Positions 61,950 to 64,000 of a stretch of 64,000 bases of DNA are shown piece by piece. The position numbers and the translations under genes are program-made. Positions within the stretch are counted from its first letter, which is position 1. Each line of letters begins with the position of its first letter. The notes below the pieces were generated by a model, which saw only the letters and a program-made list of their open reading frames with translations, was not told the origin of the DNA and made no database searches. The DNA lies in the NCBI GenBank assembly GCA_017467275.1, contig JAFTSN010000028.1:45608-109607 (forward strand), in the 5' to 3' direction. The stretch is from Clostridia bacterium. GTDB lineage: Bacteria > Bacillota > Clostridia > Christensenellales > Borkfalkiaceae.

Positions 61950-63508
61950 AAAAGGTATTGAAAATGAGACGGTTTTTGGCTTTGACGACGTGCGCGGCGC
62001 TCTCTTTCGGCGCGGTGGGGCTTGCCTCTTGCGGCGATCGGGGAGACCCGAACACGATCACGTATGCGGTCTGGGGGAGTAGCGACGAGCTCGAGATCAT
62101 CGACACCATCGTTTCGGGCTTCGAGTCTCTCTATTCGGAGGAGGGCTACAAGGTTGAGCTCGAGCATTATCCCAACAACTACTATAACAACGTTCAGCTC
62201 GCGTTCTCGGGGAAAAAGGAGGCGGACGTTCTGTGGATGCAGGGCGGGTCGATCGAGAGCTATATCCGCGAGGAGCTGCTTCTCAATCTTCAAAGTTATA
62301 TCGAGACGGAATACGACGACGGTATCAGTTTTAGCGAAGCCGATCTTTGGGATATCAACGACGGTTACCGCTACGACGGGGAAAAAATGGGGAGCGGGGA
62401 TCTGTATTCCGTGATCAAGGACTGGTCGCCCGACTTTGCCATGGTCTACAATAAGGACCTTATAGACGAATTCGACGCGGAGGAGGGCAACTATACTGCC
62501 GCCGCCAAAAAAGCCGCGGAGGATAAGCTTGCGGCGATCGCCGCGGACGATTCGCAATATGCGGCTTTGCGCGGAACCAAGGTGGTCGGGAAAACGCTTG
62601 CCGAGATCGTCGGCTATCCGACGGACGAGACGGGCAAATATCCCTCTCAAACGGTGCCCATGAGCTGGCTTCAAAGCGAGCTGATGTGCTTTTTGCTCAC
62701 GACCTACAATTCCTCGGGACTTCGCGAAATTTACGGCACCATTCTCGATAACGACCCCCTCAAATTCGCGCAGATGCAGGTGGAAATGAGCGGGGCTTCG
62801 CTCTATTCGGTGGACGATAAGAGCTTTAATTACAGCACGGCGGATAATTCCTCCGAAACGGCGCTCAAATTGCGTGCGGCGTATCAGCATTTCAATAATT
62901 ATCAACACGGAGCGCTCGCTTCGACGGGTACGTTCGGCACTTCGTCCGTAAGCTCGGACGCCGATTTCCCGAAAGGGAACGTTGCGGTGGTATGGTATGG
63001 CAGATGGAAATTTGCAAAGGCGACGTGGAAGAACGTCAACTTCGGCGTGGCGCCTCCTCCCACCAAGGACGGCGGCGTGGATGCGAACGGCGACGGACAG
63101 GAGGATGACGGGGATGTGTACTGTTCTTCCGTTGCGGTTGGGTTGTCAATCAGTGCGAGGAGCGATAATAAGGACCTTGCATGGAAATTTATCCGTTATT
63201 ATATGACGGTGGGTACGAGCACGACTCTTTCTAAAGGCTTTAATCTCCCCGGTAACAAGACGATTGCTAAATCGGAAAAATTCTTAAATACGGGCAGTGC
63301 GCGCGAGGATCTTTTAAATAACTGGTACGTTTGGCTGGCAGAGAAGACAAAGCCTTTCAAATTCACGAAATACATTGATAATTCTGTGGCAGACGGGTAC
63401 TTAAAGACCTATCTCACGTCGGCGTCTAAGGGCTCGATGACGGTGGACGAGGCGTTGAGATCGGCGGGCAATAAGATCAACGAAGAAATTAAGACTGCAC
63501 TCATTTAA
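61946..63508 (+). CDS. ABC transporter extracellular solute-binding lipoprotein (sugar/family 1 type)
   Basis: Signal peptide and lipobox GLASCG. It is 520 aa. The ATG overlaps the upstream stop (ATGA). Confidence 0.8.
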   Translation: MKKVLKMRRFLALTTCAALSFGAVGLASCGDRGDPNTITYAVWGSSDELEIIDTIVSGFESLYSEEGYKVELEHYPNNYYNNVQLAFSGKKEADVLWMQGGSIESYIREELLLNLQSYIETEYDDGISFSEADLWDINDGYRYDGEKMGSGDLYSVIKDWSPDFAMVYNKDLIDEFDAEEGNYTAAAKKAAEDKLAAIAADDSQYAALRGTKVVGKTLAEIVGYPTDETGKYPSQTVPMSWLQSELMCFLLTTYNSSGLREIYGTILDNDPLKFAQMQVEMSGASLYSVDDKSFNYSTADNSSETALKLRAAYQHFNNYQHGALASTGTFGTSSVSSDADFPKGNVAVVWYGRWKFAKATWKNVNFGVAPPPTKDGGVDANGDGQEDDGDVYCSSVAVGLSISARSDNKDLAWKFIRYYMTVGTSTTLSKGFNLPGNKTIAKSEKFLNTGSAREDLLNNWYVWLAEKTKPFKFTKYIDNSVADGYLKTYLTSASKGSMTVDEALRSAGNKINEEIKTALI

Positions 63509-63532
63509 TCGAGGGCGCGTTAGGGGAATTTT

Positions 63533-64000
63533 ATGGAAAATTCGATACGTACAAAAAGAAAGCCTATGTCGAGGGAAAGGGTCCGCACGCGGAAGTTTTT
63601 TCTTTTCATTTCGCCGTGGTTGATCGGGCTGAGTCTCTTTTCGCTTGCGCCCATGTTGCTTTCGCTCCTGTTATCCTTTACGTGGGGAACGAAGATTACG
63701 ACGTGGACGAGCAAAGCTATGAATTTTTCGTTCAGAAACTACGTACATATTTTCACGGGCGATTCCGTGTTCTTGCGCTCAATCTCGAACACCTTTATCT
63801 ATGCGTTTTTAAGAGTGGTCGTCGGGATTTTTCTTGCGACGATGCTTGCGCTTTTGTATAATCACGAGCTCAAGGGAAAAAAGCTGTATCGGACGATGGC
63901 GTATGCGCCCTCACTTATTCCCGTGGCGGCGGCTTCGTCGATTTGGATTCTCCTGCTTAAAGGCGATTCGAGCCTCATACAGCGGCTTTTGGCAGAGATC
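63533..64000 (+). CDS. Carbohydrate ABC transporter permease (MalF/UgpA-like), 3' end cut by window edge
   Basis: My translation is MENSIRTKRKPMSRERVRTRKFFLFISPWLIGLSLFSLAPMLLSLLLSF...YRTMAYAPSLIP. The frame is open to the window end. Confidence 0.75.
   Translation, partial: MENSIRTKRKPMSRERVRTRKFFLFISPWLIGLSLFSLAPMLLSLLLSFTWGTKITTWTSKAMNFSFRNYVHIFTGDSVFLRSISNTFIYAFLRVVVGIFLATMLALLYNHELKGKKLYRTMAYAPSLIPVAAASSIWILLLKGDSSLIQRLLAEI

Noticed and set aside
61940-62908. 322-aa minus-strand ORF antisense to the solute-binding protein gene
   Set aside because: It overlaps a gene with a good signal peptide and lipobox and SBP length. The translation is Arg/His-rich and implausible.

Overview
This 64-kb window looks like chromosome from an endospore-forming Firmicute, probably Clostridia-like. 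Coding sequence is moderately GC-rich and intergenic regions are AT-rich. Sporulation markers are spoIIGA-sigE-sigG, a ylmC-family gene, a cwlD-like amidase, the mrnC-rlmB-sigH block and spoVAC-spoVAD. The rest is mostly core housekeeping. It includes a BMP-type ABC importer, cobalamin and FMN riboswitches with ECF-type uptake genes, glyA, tsaE-tsaB-rimI and murF-ddl. It also includes a two-component pair, obg-yhbY-grpE, a trimeric HydABC-type [FeFe]-hydrogenase, uppP, csp, lgt, galKT and glpK. The last stretch holds recX-birA, nadD/yqeK-rsfS, dnaX-ybaB-recR, gpsA and a sugar-type ABC locus. I found no rRNA or tRNA gene, CRISPR array, intact transposase or integrase, or recognisable defence island, and nothing I can defend as a complete novel multi-gene system. 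The items most worth a second look are as follows. (1) A MurF-type ligase whose N-terminal substrate-binding domain is replaced by about 5 transmembrane helices. (2) An AraC regulator fused to a nucleoside-hydrolase-like domain and translationally coupled to a sugar ABC transporter. (3) A radical-SAM/TIGR03915 DNA-repair pair whose promoter overlaps a near-consensus LexA (Cheo) box. (4) An XRE repressor next to two face-to-face overlapping promoters with duplicated 15-bp palindromic operators. (5) Several genes whose ATG lies 6-11 nt after a TATAAT box with no Shine-Dalgarno sequence, suggesting leaderless mRNAs. (6) A roughly 49-nt intergenic repeat family and several promoter-embedded inverted or direct repeats. 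All functional calls come from reading motifs by eye, and no database search was possible.
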